From: a virus
Lineage: Duplodnaviria; Caudoviricetes
Length of the DNA: 64,000 bases
Strand: one strand, 5' to 3'
Virus record (IMG/VR): IMGVR_UViG_3300032893_001402
Location: 22-64,021 of that record
Shown here: piece after piece, positions 55,005-64,000 of the stretch
Layout of the letters: each line of letters starts with the position of its first letter
How positions within the stretch are numbered: the first letter of the stretch is position 1
Translations under genes and position numbers: made by a program
The notes under the pieces: model-generated
What the model was told of the DNA's origin: nothing
The model's database searches: none
The model's input: the letters and a program-made list of their open reading frames with translations, nothing else

Positions 55005-57901
55005 GTGCTCTGACTCCAGGTGGCAAACACCGTCGGATCGATGTAGCTCTGTAGCGCCACGGTTGGCGTATTGCCCAGCGCCTTGCTAACGACCGTGGCC
55101 ACCCGCTTCACCGTCTGCTTGTATTCCTTAGGATTCTTGCAGCAAGCGCCAACCTTTTTGATTTCATCGATCGCAAGCGACGTGCCTCGCAGCGTCCGAA
55201 AATCCTTGGGCTTGAAACTGCCGCCGTCAAGCGTGTGTGCATATTTGCGAAGCTCGGAATCGCTGACGCTGAACAAGCGACCGTCGCCAACGACTTGCTT
55301 CCGCTCGCGGAGCATCGAAGCAACTTTTGGGTCCGTGACAGGCAGGTCAAGCTTGACCCCCTTCTTCCCGGTAAATTGCAGCCGCACGCCATCTGGCGTC
55401 TCGATTACGTGGCTGCCGCGCAATGTCGTCGCTCCGTATGCCTGGGCCTTGGCTTGCGTGTCACGCTCGCTGCCAGGCCGAAGGCCCATCGACTGAATCA
55501 ACGCCAAGACGGTTGCAGCCTCGCGCGTTTTTGGATCCCCGCTTTCCATGTCGCGTGAGATTTCAGCTGCAATCCTTTTTTGCTTCTCCATCAGTTCGCT
55601 GATCCGAGCAAACTTGATAGCCGCCTGGCGTGTGGCGTGCGTATCGCTATAGATCGATTGCCGCCGCCCCTTCTCGTCATATCCGGTCGCCAGAAGATCG
55701 CCTTTAGGATCGGGGTTGATCTTCACCCCCGTCCAGGCCGGTGGAATCTTCAAGGCCGCGATATGCGCCGGCAGAGCCTTCCCGCCAACATGCCGCTGCG
55801 CGTCTTTGAGGTGCTTGCCCTCGGCATCCTTGGGATGGTCCGACGCATCGAGCGTTGGTGTCGATTTTGATGAACCAGACCCTCCCTTTGAAACAAACTG
55901 CCCGCCGCCAGGCCCCTTGCCCTTGTGTTCGTGCCCACTAGCGTCCTCGGCTTCTAGGACGCACCGCAAGCTCTCCAGGGCATTGCTGACGGCCTCTTGG
56001 ATTGATTCCCCAGGATCTTCGCCCGTAACCCCTTGTAGGCCTTGCGGAGGGCCCTGAGGAGGGCTTTGGCCGTCCGGTGGATTACCACCATTGGGGGGAG
56101 TGTCATCATTAGGCTTCCCCCCCGCTTGAACTATTTTAGCAATTGGGGGGAGTCCTACTGCCTTGCGCTTTTCTTGCTGGGTGTCGTAATCCAGCTCCTC
56201 TCGCCCCGACCATTCCTGAGGAGAAAGAATCCCGGCGTCCGAGAGGGTTTTATTGCGCGCCGTGGCCTTATCTTCGTCGCGTACCCTGACACTCGGGGGA
56301 ATGACTGTGATTTCCAGTACAGCGCGAATAATTCCCCAAGGTAGAATATCCGGGTTGCCGAACTCTCCACATTGCCAGGCGAACCAAAGAACGCGCAGCA
56401 AGAGTCTCTGCCAGCTCTCCACATGCAGACCTTGACGAGACTCGCATTCGTTAACAAAAGGATCGCCTGCTACAAGCAGGGACGCAAAGTTATTGTTGCT
56501 CGCGTCTCCCGTGAGCATGTTTTCGGGCATCGACCAGACTTGCGCCGCCGATCTCAGGCAGGTATCGCGGATGGCGATAAATTCGTTGGCGAACTCTCCG
56601 ACCGGAGCGGGCTTGAATTGCTTTGCGCCGTTGGTTTGAAGGATCGTAGACGAACGATAACGAAAGCTCGTCTCGTTCGGATTGTTGCGGCTAGGCCTGG
56701 CGCCGGGTTGAAGGTTATTCGAGGAAACAACGTCGCTTTGGAGCACGCCAGGCGCATACTCTTCAATCCAAGCGATGGCCGATTGAACGCTACCGACTCG
56801 GCCGATATTGAGTAGGAGCTTATGGGCAAGGTCAATGGCAATCTGCGAGCAGAATAGATCGCTGATCCCCCGCTTGACATTGGCATCCGTATTGCGCTTT
56901 ATGTGCTCGCACCAAGCCGCCGCACCTTCATCCGGCGGAAGAATCGGATTCACTCCTCCGGGGATATAGCTCCAACTCGTGTCGGCGCTGTGCCATTGGA
57001 AGTAATAGCCGTGGACTCCGGCAATATCGTCCTGAGGGCAATGCACTCCGAATGTCCAACTTGATCGGGGCATGCCGTTCTCTAGCGGCTCGATGCCCAA
57101 CCAGTTGTCCAGGTGTAAAGTGTTATAGGGCTGTGTGTTCTGCTCTGGTTCGGCAAAGCGGAGAGAGCAACGGCCCTCGCCGATATGCCATAAGGTCAAG
57201 TAACTCTCGCCGTCTCTTCCTAGCCGCAACTCGCTTTCACGCTGCATTTCGCTAGCGCGATTCTCGCCACAAAAATCCTCGATAATCGATTGCGCTCTGT
57301 TGACGAGCTTTGTGCCAGTCTCGGAATCGATAAGCCCCCGAGATGAGCGCTTTAGACTCACCTGGGGCTTGAATCCGCGAGGCCCGACAACATAGTTCTG
57401 AAGCTTGGCAAAAGCCCCCTTTGCCGTATCGTTATAAGCCGCTAGAACCCGCGCCATGCCTCGGATTAAGTGCAGGTCGGCCTCTGTATAAAAGATCGGC
57501 CGATTGCGACCCTCTTGGCGATCGCTGCGAGTCGTGGGGTAGGTGCCCCAACCGTAGTATCCGTAGCCCTTATCGGCCGTGAGATACTGCCAGATATTGA
57601 CGACTTCGGAGCCCTCGTTGTCGCACACGCTTTCGAGGGCTCGTTCTATCGAAGCCCCGCCCTCCAGGACATTAGCCAGGCCGAGTCTGGAATCTGGATC
57701 GACGGGAGCTGTCCCCGTCATTTGACGGCGCATATTCTCCCGTACCAGACGATTCGACTCTTTGACCGCTTCGGCGCTCTCGCCTAGGCTCTGAGAGAGT
57801 AGATCGCGCTGAGCTGCAATTTTGATTAGCAGAGCGTTCTTACGTTCGATCGCTTCGAGCCGAGATAACTCGGGATCGTGGGTAGTAGCTTGGTCGATCA
57901 A
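55001..57901 (-). CDS. Portal protein fused to a C-terminal type IB DNA topoisomerase
   Basis: Portal-like N-terminus (RDGESY, RGISDL, MPENMLTGDASNNNFAS); C-terminus has IPPAW, GRRQSIY, GLRPG, GKKG, KDFRT, LGNTPTVALQSYIDP in one frame. Confidence 0.88.
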   Translation of the reverse strand: MIDQATTHDPELSRLEAIERKNALLIKIAAQRDLLSQSLGESAEAVKESNRLVRENMRRQMTGTAPVDPDSRLGLANVLEGGASIERALESVCDNEGSEVVNIWQYLTADKGYGYYGWGTYPTTRSDRQEGRNRPIFYTEADLHLIRGMARVLAAYNDTAKGAFAKLQNYVVGPRGFKPQVSLKRSSRGLIDSETGTKLVNRAQSIIEDFCGENRASEMQRESELRLGRDGESYLTLWHIGEGRCSLRFAEPEQNTQPYNTLHLDNWLGIEPLENGMPRSSWTFGVHCPQDDIAGVHGYYFQWHSADTSWSYIPGGVNPILPPDEGAAAWCEHIKRNTDANVKRGISDLFCSQIAIDLAHKLLLNIGRVGSVQSAIAWIEEYAPGVLQSDVVSSNNLQPGARPSRNNPNETSFRYRSSTILQTNGAKQFKPAPVGEFANEFIAIRDTCLRSAAQVWSMPENMLTGDASNNNFASLLVAGDPFVNECESRQGLHVESWQRLLLRVLWFAWQCGEFGNPDILPWGIIRAVLEITVIPPSVRVRDEDKATARNKTLSDAGILSPQEWSGREELDYDTQQEKRKAVGLPPIAKIVQAGGKPNDDTPPNGGNPPDGQSPPQGPPQGLQGVTGEDPGESIQEAVSNALESLRCVLEAEDASGHEHKGKGPGGGQFVSKGGSGSSKSTPTLDASDHPKDAEGKHLKDAQRHVGGKALPAHIAALKIPPAWTGVKINPDPKGDLLATGYDEKGRRQSIYSDTHATRQAAIKFARISELMEKQKRIAAEISRDMESGDPKTREAATVLALIQSMGLRPGSERDTQAKAQAYGATTLRGSHVIETPDGVRLQFTGKKGVKLDLPVTDPKVASMLRERKQVVGDGRLFSVSDSELRKYAHTLDGGSFKPKDFRTLRGTSLAIDEIKKVGACCKNPKEYKQTVKRVATVVSKALGNTPTVALQSYIDPTVFATWSQST

Positions 57902-58167
57902 GTTGCGTTAATCGTCTTAGGAGGACGGATTCTACGCGGGCCTCGATAATTGAAAATATCGTTGGCCGTGAGGTTCATCAAGGGTCGATACTTCGCATCG
58001 AGCCAGCCTAAAAACCATTGAGTACGGGCTCTTTTGTAGGAAGCCTTCGCGCCGATAACAATCGGATAGGGAGTATCATTAAAGGCCATTCCTGCGCGAT
58101 AAGCTTCTGCTCCGGCATTCCAGGCGTAGGATTTGGAATCGTCGTCAATCAAGTTGGGTTTTGTCAT
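57898..58167 (-). CDS. Rmf-like small protein
   Basis: AWNAGAEAYRAG..TPY..RTQWFLGWLDA pattern. Confidence 0.6.
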   Translation of the reverse strand: MTKPNLIDDDSKSYAWNAGAEAYRAGMAFNDTPYPIVIGAKASYKRARTQWFLGWLDAKYRPLMNLTANDIFNYRGPRRIRPPKTINAT

Positions 58168-58172
58168 GCTAT

Positions 58173-58724
58173 TTATGGCGCTGGCCAGAAAGAAACTCTG
58201 GGCTGAACGGGCGGATTCCAATCGAAAAAGAAGTCTCGTTGGCGTCGATCTTCCTCGCGGATAAGCTCGTCTCTCCATAGCGCCAGTTCCGCGGATAATT
58301 CTAAATCGCGCTTTGGATCGGGCTGCCATTCATCCAAGATGCGCCAATCTTGCCGAGGAAGAGGGGGGCGCGGATCGGGTTTCCAGATCGGGCTGTCGAG
58401 TTCGCCAGGAACGATCGTCTCTGGGCCATCGCCTTCGAGTCTCTTCCAGGGTCCAGCCAGCGCGTTCGTGAGTTCGTAGAGCCAATTGCGGCGCGTTTCT
58501 TTGGCATAGTGGTGCCAGCGGCCGGCAATAATGTCCGTCTCTCGCCAGGATCTCCACTCGTAGCCTTGGGGCTTAGGCTCGACAATTGCGGGCTCCGGTT
58601 TGGACTCACGGGAGTTTCTTAATCGAAAATCGAAGAAAGCCGTTAGAACAATAGCGCATCCAACAACAACAATTGCGCCAAAATCAAGCAAAGACGGTTG
58701 GGGCCTATCTGATTTATTGGTCAT
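58173..58724 (-). CDS. Membrane-anchored Trp-rich hypothetical protein
   Basis: N-terminal TM. Confidence 0.55.
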   Translation of the reverse strand: MTNKSDRPQPSLLDFGAIVVVGCAIVLTAFFDFRLRNSRESKPEPAIVEPKPQGYEWRSWRETDIIAGRWHHYAKETRRNWLYELTNALAGPWKRLEGDGPETIVPGELDSPIWKPDPRPPLPRQDWRILDEWQPDPKRDLELSAELALWRDELIREEDRRQRDFFFDWNPPVQPRVSFWPAP

Positions 58725-58975
58725 GCGATACTCGCCCTAATACGGCGCCAGACTCAAATAACTTAACGAGCAAGTTGCGCATTGCTAGAGATTCACGACT
58801 CCCATAGCTCGGCAGCTATCGCGGATTTCCTTACGCAGCCGCTTAGCGCTGAGCCGTTTTCCTTGTCCGACGGCCTGGGCGATAACCATCCCTCGAACCG
58901 CCCGGCGAATTTTGGGCAGACGTTGTTTCCTTTGGTTGGGTATTGATATACTTGACTCACCAAGGCCCCCGATGA

Positions 58976-59121
58976 TTACTTCTTACGTTTGCCTGCCTTT
59001 TTCCGGGCAGCCTTCTTCCTTTTGTCTTTCTCGATTTCGCGGTCGAGTTCTGCTTTTGGCACTTGCGTTAGCTTGCCTAGCAGGTTTTGGAAGTCGCCAA
59101 TCCGTTCGCGCTTCGTGGTCA
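58976..59121 (-). CDS. Small basic ORF at the IS end
   Basis: FQNLLGKLTQVPKAELD..KRKK; approximate start. Confidence 0.55.
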
Positions 59122-59376
59122 TCGCCGAACCCCGTTTCGTTCGACCAGGGCAAAGCGTGTGGGCCACCAGCCGTATTCGTCCTTGTCGAGAAACAGGTAG
59201 CCGCAGTCAACGTCCGTTACGGTGTATTGCTCTCCCTCGTTGACCTCATGTTCCGACGTGCCGCCACCTTCGCCGGGCAGACATTCCACAACGTCGCCGA
59301 CTTCTGGCATTTCGCCGGTGCTGTAGTTCCCTTCGTTACTTACGTACTGTCCGCAAACGATAACTGGCCGAGCCAT
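59119..59376 (-). CDS. IS passenger, small acidic beta-barrel-like protein
   Basis: EVGDVVEC..GEQYTVTDV..WWPTRFALV. Confidence 0.6.
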   Translation of the reverse strand: MARPVIVCGQYVSNEGNYSTGEMPEVGDVVECLPGEGGGTSEHEVNEGEQYTVTDVDCGYLFLDKDEYGWWPTRFALVERNGVRR

Positions 59377-59936
59377 TTACTTGATCCCCATAAAGCCCGC
59401 GTCCCCGGTAGCCGTGAGCACGCGGTAAGTGATGCGCTTGCCGACCACCTTGGCCAGCAAGCGCTGAAATCGAACCCCGTCGGTGCATATTGCGGGCCTT
59501 CCCGCCGATGAACGTTTCGTCTACCTCGACTTCGCCGGCCAGCTTGTGGAAGCTCGTGGTCTGCATCGCCAAGCGGATTCGGTGGAGCATAAACCACGCG
59601 CTCTTCTGGGTTATCCCCAGGCCGCGAGCCATTTCATAGCTGCTGATCCCGTTTTTGGCGTTGGCGATACACCAGACGGCGACCATCCAACTGGACAACG
59701 GCAGCGGGCTATCCTCGAAAATCGTGCCGACTTTGCAAGAGAACTGCTTACGGCAGCCCTTGGCGTTGCAGCGGAGCATGGAACGGGTAGCGATCGTGCC
59801 GACCTTTTCGCTACCGCACTGAGGGCAGACGATCGTGCCATCGGGCCATTTGGCTCCAATCATCGCCTTGAAGCACGCGGCCGGATCGGAAAAGTATTTG
59901 ACGGCTTCGACCATGGCTTTCTCAAGGTGTCGGTCA
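59336..59936 (-). pseudogene. IS1595 (ISXO2-like) transposase with internal deletion
   Basis: Zn ribbon CPQC..C..C, GTIFEDS, LGITQKSAWFMLHRIR, VEVDETFIGGK; then jumps in another frame to the C-terminal DGVRFQRLLAKVVGKRITY, so most of the DDE core is missing. Confidence 0.88.
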
Positions 59937-60150
59937 TGGCAAATCCTCAAAATCCAGTCATTGCGTGCGAATGTCCCCACTGGAACAAAGCCCAAAACAA
60001 AAGAGCAAATCCTGGAATGACTATGGCGATTTGCAAGCAGAGCCAATGCCAGTCTTCGTCCATCATGTTCATTCTCCAAAAGCCTGCCGGCGGCTTTCTG
60101 CTTGTGCAGGCGGGGTGATTAGGCCCGCACCGCCGGCAGGGGAGATCGTG

Positions 60151-60846
60151 TTATGGTTGAACCCCAAGAGCCAGCAGGCCACTTCCGGCGACACGCGCGA
60201 GCGTGTTTTCGATTTGGTCAGAATCGAGAAGCTTTCCCAGTCGTCTGTAGAGCGTTTCAATGTTGTCGGCGATCGCTTCAAGTGCCACCCTGTTCTCAGG
60301 TGTATCTGGAATCATGGCCTTGATTCTGGGGTATCCGCGACGGTCCGCAATTGTGCCCACCTCTGGCCATCCCTCGGTGCCTTGATTCCAAACTTCGCGA
60401 GGACGTTCTTTTTGCAATCCTGGCCCCCACGGCTTGTAGTAGTTGTTGAACGTTCTCGACAACTTTTGCTTGCCAAAGGTAGCGATCTGGACGCGATGCC
60501 AGGACACGCCCAGCGACCCATCGCCGCTATATTCTGTGTCCATCGTATCCGGCTTCTTGCGCTTGTCGAAAAGCCTGTGCCGAGCGCATTCGACTTCCAC
60601 GACAAGCATCGACCTCCACTTAATTGACAACTGCTCTTTTATCTTGGCGAAGACAGTTTGCCGGAGCCGGTTGATGTCAGTGTCTTGCTCGTTGATCTCC
60701 GGTTCTTCCATCTTGACGGAGAAGTATACCTCCTTGGCGGTGTGGTTGTGGTCGGTATCGTCGACTACATGCACCGGCACCAAAAGCTTTACCTCTCGAT
60801 CACGGAATTCCCACGTGGTGAACTTTTTTCGTCCCTTGCGTCCCAT
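60151..60846 (-). CDS. IS passenger hypothetical protein
   Basis: GAGGGAG RBS, 231 aa, inside the TIRs. Confidence 0.7.
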   Translation of the reverse strand: MGRKGRKKFTTWEFRDREVKLLVPVHVVDDTDHNHTAKEVYFSVKMEEPEINEQDTDINRLRQTVFAKIKEQLSIKWRSMLVVEVECARHRLFDKRKKPDTMDTEYSGDGSLGVSWHRVQIATFGKQKLSRTFNNYYKPWGPGLQKERPREVWNQGTEGWPEVGTIADRRGYPRIKAMIPDTPENRVALEAIADNIETLYRRLGKLLDSDQIENTLARVAGSGLLALGVQP

Positions 60847-61169
60847 TGCAATCTCCCTCGGGAATCACCCCGAACTGCCGGATCGGCCCGGCGACCTTGC
60901 AGCGGAATTTGCTGCTCATAAACCAATCATACCCGAACTAGCGTGGTGAGTCAAGTATATTAGTACCTTTGGTTGTATACCGCAAAAGCCGCCGCCGCAT
61001 TTCGATGAGCAGCAGCACGAACCTTACGCAACTTCCGGGGCTTCATAGGGCTCCTCAAGATCGGCTTGACGATAGCCAAACCAGCAGACTTGCGCCATTA
61101 GGTTCAGCAATCGTAGGGCGAGCATTAAAAAGTCAAGGGCTTCACTGTCGAACATCTTAAACGCGCGTA

Positions 61170-62648
61170 TCACAAACTAGGGATCTGCTCCGTCACGCTT
61201 CCCCCATCGTTATTGTTACGATCGGCGAGGAAATTGATGCTTCTTAGTGCCATCTCCATCGCATCGGGTCCATCGTCGTGCAATCCGAGAGGAAAATTCT
61301 TCAATTGATCGACCAGAATTCTAGTCCCTGGAGTATCGCGAAAACTGACGGCGCGTTGTCTAAACCATGGATCAAGTCTGCGGATTCGATTCTCTTTCGC
61401 CACGCTGTTATTGACCAAGAGCCCTTCACAATCGAGGATTCCCGCGGCTTTTAATTGGCGAACGAACTCAGCCCCTAACAGGTCTTGCCAGGCGTTTCCT
61501 TCCGTAGCCAAAGCCTGAGGCTTGAAGCGGCGAACCAGCTCGACACCGTCGGCAACGATCTTTCCTGGCGATCTGCGAGCTAAGTCGGCTTCGACCCAGA
61601 GGTGGCCCGTTTCGTTCCAGGCCATTAGAATAAACGCGCTATAATCGCTATGGCGCGTACGACCCTTGCTAGGATCAAGGGCAATCACTCGCAAGGGCAT
61701 ATCCCGCGGCCAATCCCTGAACCAGAGGTCGTCTCCCTCGAAGTATTCGGGCGGCCACTCGACGCCAATACCTTGCGTCGGATTCTGCTGGTAAAGAGCC
61801 TGCCACCAGTAAAGGGGCATGCCGTTGCGGATCGTTTCTAATCCGCGCCGCAATAATCTGCCGTCCGGCGAGCGCAGATCGTGCAGGGGATAGCGGTCGG
61901 GCCAAAGGGCTTCTCCGAATACTCTCCCGAGGCTGTCGGATTCCGTGGCTATAGCCGGGAAGGACAGGACTCCCCAAGGTCGATCGCTTTCGGCTCGGAG
62001 CCTTCCCGCCAGGTCTTCCCGGTGCCAACGGGTCATGTTGACAATCACGCTTCCACCGGGCTCCAGCCGCGTCATCGCCGTGGAATGAAACCACTCCCAG
62101 CACGTCTCGCGCTTTACTTCGCTGGCGGCTTCCTGGGCATTCTTGATCGGATCATCGATAATCAGCAGATGAGCCCCTTTCCCCGTCAAGGGACCGCCGA
62201 TACCTGCCGTTTCCATCCCCCCTTCGTGTCCGATCAAATTCCATTCATTTGCAGCAAAGCTCCGATTGTCAATTGCTAAGACTTCGCCATGGTACTGCGC
62301 GAATAGTCTAGGGTCGAGCTGGTTGAACACATTGCGGGATAGTCTGCCATAGCGGCGCGCCTGGCGAGCTTCGTAGCTGACGTAGATTACTCGCCGATCT
62401 GGCCAACGTCCGAGATACCAGCAAGGAAGATACTGGCCGAGATACCAGCTCTTGCCATGCCGCGGGGGCATCTCGCAGATTAACCCAGGCAACCTACCTG
62501 TGACTAGATCCGTTACGCCCCGGTCCAATCTCAACAGATGCTTCGCCGGCTGCCAACGCCCCTGGCTCGCATACCTGGCAAACGTCGCCGGAGTCAGCGT
62601 GTACCTTAAAGAGTCGATCCCGCTCGAATTCGAGGTAGTTCGGATCAT
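61170..62648 (-). CDS. terL: Terminase large subunit
   Basis: MPPRHGKS (Walker A), LLIIDDP (Walker B), TRWH, ALDPS, HDDGPDA. Confidence 0.93.
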   Translation of the reverse strand: MIRTTSNSSGIDSLRYTLTPATFARYASQGRWQPAKHLLRLDRGVTDLVTGRLPGLICEMPPRHGKSWYLGQYLPCWYLGRWPDRRVIYVSYEARQARRYGRLSRNVFNQLDPRLFAQYHGEVLAIDNRSFAANEWNLIGHEGGMETAGIGGPLTGKGAHLLIIDDPIKNAQEAASEVKRETCWEWFHSTAMTRLEPGGSVIVNMTRWHREDLAGRLRAESDRPWGVLSFPAIATESDSLGRVFGEALWPDRYPLHDLRSPDGRLLRRGLETIRNGMPLYWWQALYQQNPTQGIGVEWPPEYFEGDDLWFRDWPRDMPLRVIALDPSKGRTRHSDYSAFILMAWNETGHLWVEADLARRSPGKIVADGVELVRRFKPQALATEGNAWQDLLGAEFVRQLKAAGILDCEGLLVNNSVAKENRIRRLDPWFRQRAVSFRDTPGTRILVDQLKNFPLGLHDDGPDAMEMALRSINFLADRNNNDGGSVTEQIPSL

Positions 62649-63084
62649 TCAGCAACTCATCGGCTGCTGTTCGATAGGCCGCAACAAGCGCATTGTTTTG
62701 GTTGTACTGATCTCCGGCAACATTATTGATCGTCGTGGGCTTTAGCTGGTCGAGCTGATTGGCCGCTTCCAGCGAAAGCGCCGTACGTTGGGCTGCCTCG
62801 ATACTCCGGGGATCGCCTTGGTCGAGTAGATCGTAAACCGACTTGGCGATTGCCTCGATGATCGTTGGCCCCTCCGGTTTGACCTGAGCCGCTTCTAAAA
62901 GCGATCTAGGAACCCGCGTAGGCCAACGCTGGCCTCGATTCCACTTGACGGAGCGCTCAAGTAACTCGGCCTCTTGAATCGCCGTTAACCCGGATTGCAA
63001 TCTCCGGCTACGGATCGGCTTGGCTCGTCGCGTCTTTGGCCGGGGTTTGGGCTCATCTTTCGCGGATTTTGGGCGCCGGGGCAT
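62494..63084 (-). CDS. Putative terminase small subunit
   Basis: Helical protein directly upstream of terL; function from position only. Confidence 0.45.
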   Translation of the reverse strand: MPRRPKSAKDEPKPRPKTRRAKPIRSRRLQSGLTAIQEAELLERSVKWNRGQRWPTRVPRSLLEAAQVKPEGPTIIEAIAKSVYDLLDQGDPRSIEAAQRTALSLEAANQLDQLKPTTINNVAGDQYNQNNALVAAYRTAADELLNDPNYLEFERDRLFKVHADSGDVCQVCEPGALAAGEASVEIGPGRNGSSHR

Positions 63085-63656
63085 TAGACTTCATCGTCGA
63101 GTAAATCATTGGCGCGAGACAGATCATCTGCAACCCAGGCCGGAATCCGGCGAATACTCGGGTTGTTTTCCCGTTCGAGCTGGCGCCGTCTGATCTTGAC
63201 CCCTCGCCGAGTTTCCGAAGCCTCTACTCCCTCGAACGCTCTTAAATCCTCTGGATGGAAAATTGCTTCTCCCGAAGCTACACGGCGAGCATACTCTTGG
63301 ATTCGATCGTAAGTTCCCGGAATCGTCCGCGTCGGCTCGGCCGGGTTTGGGGGCTCATAGTGTGGATCGATAATGGTGTTAGCGCGATCGCCACGGGTTT
63401 CGTACTTACGAGGTTCGGCGCGTCCAGTGCAGAGTGGGCAAGGCACTTCCCATACGAGGTTATGGCAGGTCTGGCATCTAAGTCCCTTGGTCAGATCGTA
63501 TTGTCTGGACTCTCCGCTTGGGTCGGGAATCGAGCCGTTGATGATCTGCGTTGCTAAGCGGCGCTCTTTTCCCCAGCTCCGAATTCCGGCAATGACCCGT
63601 GAAATGACCGAGTCATAAAGCTCTTGATCGATTTCAACCGTCTTGCTAAGTCTCAT
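63084..63656 (-). CDS. Hypothetical Zn-finger protein
   Basis: CQTC..CPLC and PTRTIPGT..RVASGEAIFHPED. Confidence 0.65.
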   Translation of the reverse strand: MRLSKTVEIDQELYDSVISRVIAGIRSWGKERRLATQIINGSIPDPSGESRQYDLTKGLRCQTCHNLVWEVPCPLCTGRAEPRKYETRGDRANTIIDPHYEPPNPAEPTRTIPGTYDRIQEYARRVASGEAIFHPEDLRAFEGVEASETRRGVKIRRRQLERENNPSIRRIPAWVADDLSRANDLLDDEV

Positions 63657-63662
63657 TCGTTA

Positions 63663-63902
63663 TTACCTGCGCATGGGTCGGCCGCACGAATCGGGCGGAT
63701 TGCATTGGGCGGTATCGGCAAGAGCATTGTTCAGTAGCCAATACAAACCCCAACCGATCGGATGCCAGGCTAGCATAACACCCCACACGACGCGAATAAC
63801 ATGCGTGGGGACGCCATAGCCCAAATCGTAACTCCACTCGCTCAATCCGCTGCAAATTCCCAAGAGCAGGCCCGTATGAGTATTCTTACGAAGCGCTGCC
63901 AT
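63663..63902 (-). CDS. PspC-domain membrane protein
   Basis: LLLGICSGLSEW..GVPTHVIRVVW..GWGLYWLL. Confidence 0.7.
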   Translation of the reverse strand: MAALRKNTHTGLLLGICSGLSEWSYDLGYGVPTHVIRVVWGVMLAWHPIGWGLYWLLNNALADTAQCNPPDSCGRPMRR

Positions 63903-64000
63903 TAGCGTTGAATCGAGCTAGGAGCCGCGGGCAGGCATAGCCAAAGCACGATGTAGACGATGAACCCGAAATGCCAGGCGAAGAATAGCGCGAAAAGTAT
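63902..64000 (-). CDS. 3' end of a second PspC-like gene (cut by the window edge)
   Basis: Reads ILFALFFAWHFGFIVYIVLWLCLPAAPSSIQR*. Confidence 0.6.
   Translation of the reverse strand: MLFALFFAWHFGFIVYIVLWLCLPAAPSSIQR

Larger units (their letters stand above)
58939..60967 (-). mobile_element. Non-autonomous IS1595-family element with passenger genes
   Basis: 24-bp TIRs GGTATTGATATACTTGACTCACCA / GGTACTAATATACTTGACTCACCA (2 mismatches); 8-bp TSD TTTGGTTG at 58931-58938 and 60968-60975. Confidence 0.92.
58785..61098 (-). pseudogene. About 91-aa basic ORF interrupted by the IS1595 element
   Basis: Removing the IS and one TSD restores MAQVCWFGYRQ..AFAVYNQ|RKQRLPKIRRAV..MGVVNL*. Confidence 0.65.

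Noticed and set aside
59937-60079. N-terminal 55 aa of the 247-aa transposase ORF
   Set aside because: Not transposase-like; another frame encodes a short hydrophobic peptide, and the IS1595-like sequence begins near 59914-59936.
1-64000. Alternative genetic code (TAG recoding), prompted by frequent CTAG/TAG
   Set aside because: Long conserved genes are intact under the standard code and several end properly at TAG.

Overview
The window looks like almost the whole genome (circularly permuted) of a tailed dsDNA phage. A Planctomycetota host is inferred from the CsrA type, the Cys-rich small proteins and the papain-like peptidase module; no integrase or host housekeeping genes are visible. Layout: (1) 1-6.7 kb, minus strand: membrane/lysis-like module with a lipoprotein, a holin-like protein and an intein-split C1 peptidase. 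(2) 6.8-23.5 kb, mostly minus: regulation and replication (sigma-70-like factor, DNA methyltransferase, MBD4-like protein, primase-helicase, family A polymerase, HNH, SSB-like protein, Sak4-like ATPase, PD-(D/E)xK nuclease, CsrA, family 4 UDG, RuvC-like resolvase). This block also holds a Nop/IS110-like protein directly downstream of a 36-nt dual-spacer repeat array, i.e. a TIGR-Tas-like RNA-guided system with unusual repeats. (3) 23.9-32.5 kb, plus: early genes (ParB-like protein, UvrD-like helicase, small paralogues). (4) 32.4-64 kb, minus: morphogenesis (tail, TAC with -1 frameshift, capsid, protease, MuF-like protein, portal, terminase). Highlights: the TIGR-like array plus Tas-like protein; a portal fused to an intact topoisomerase IB domain next to an ATP-grasp cargo protein; an intein inserted at the catalytic Cys of a papain-fold peptidase; two tRNA-like RNAs with expanded anticodon arms; a non-autonomous IS1595 element with TIRs and an 8-bp TSD; and short gene fragments captured into chimeric ORFs. 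All family calls come from motif recognition by eye; no database searches were run.
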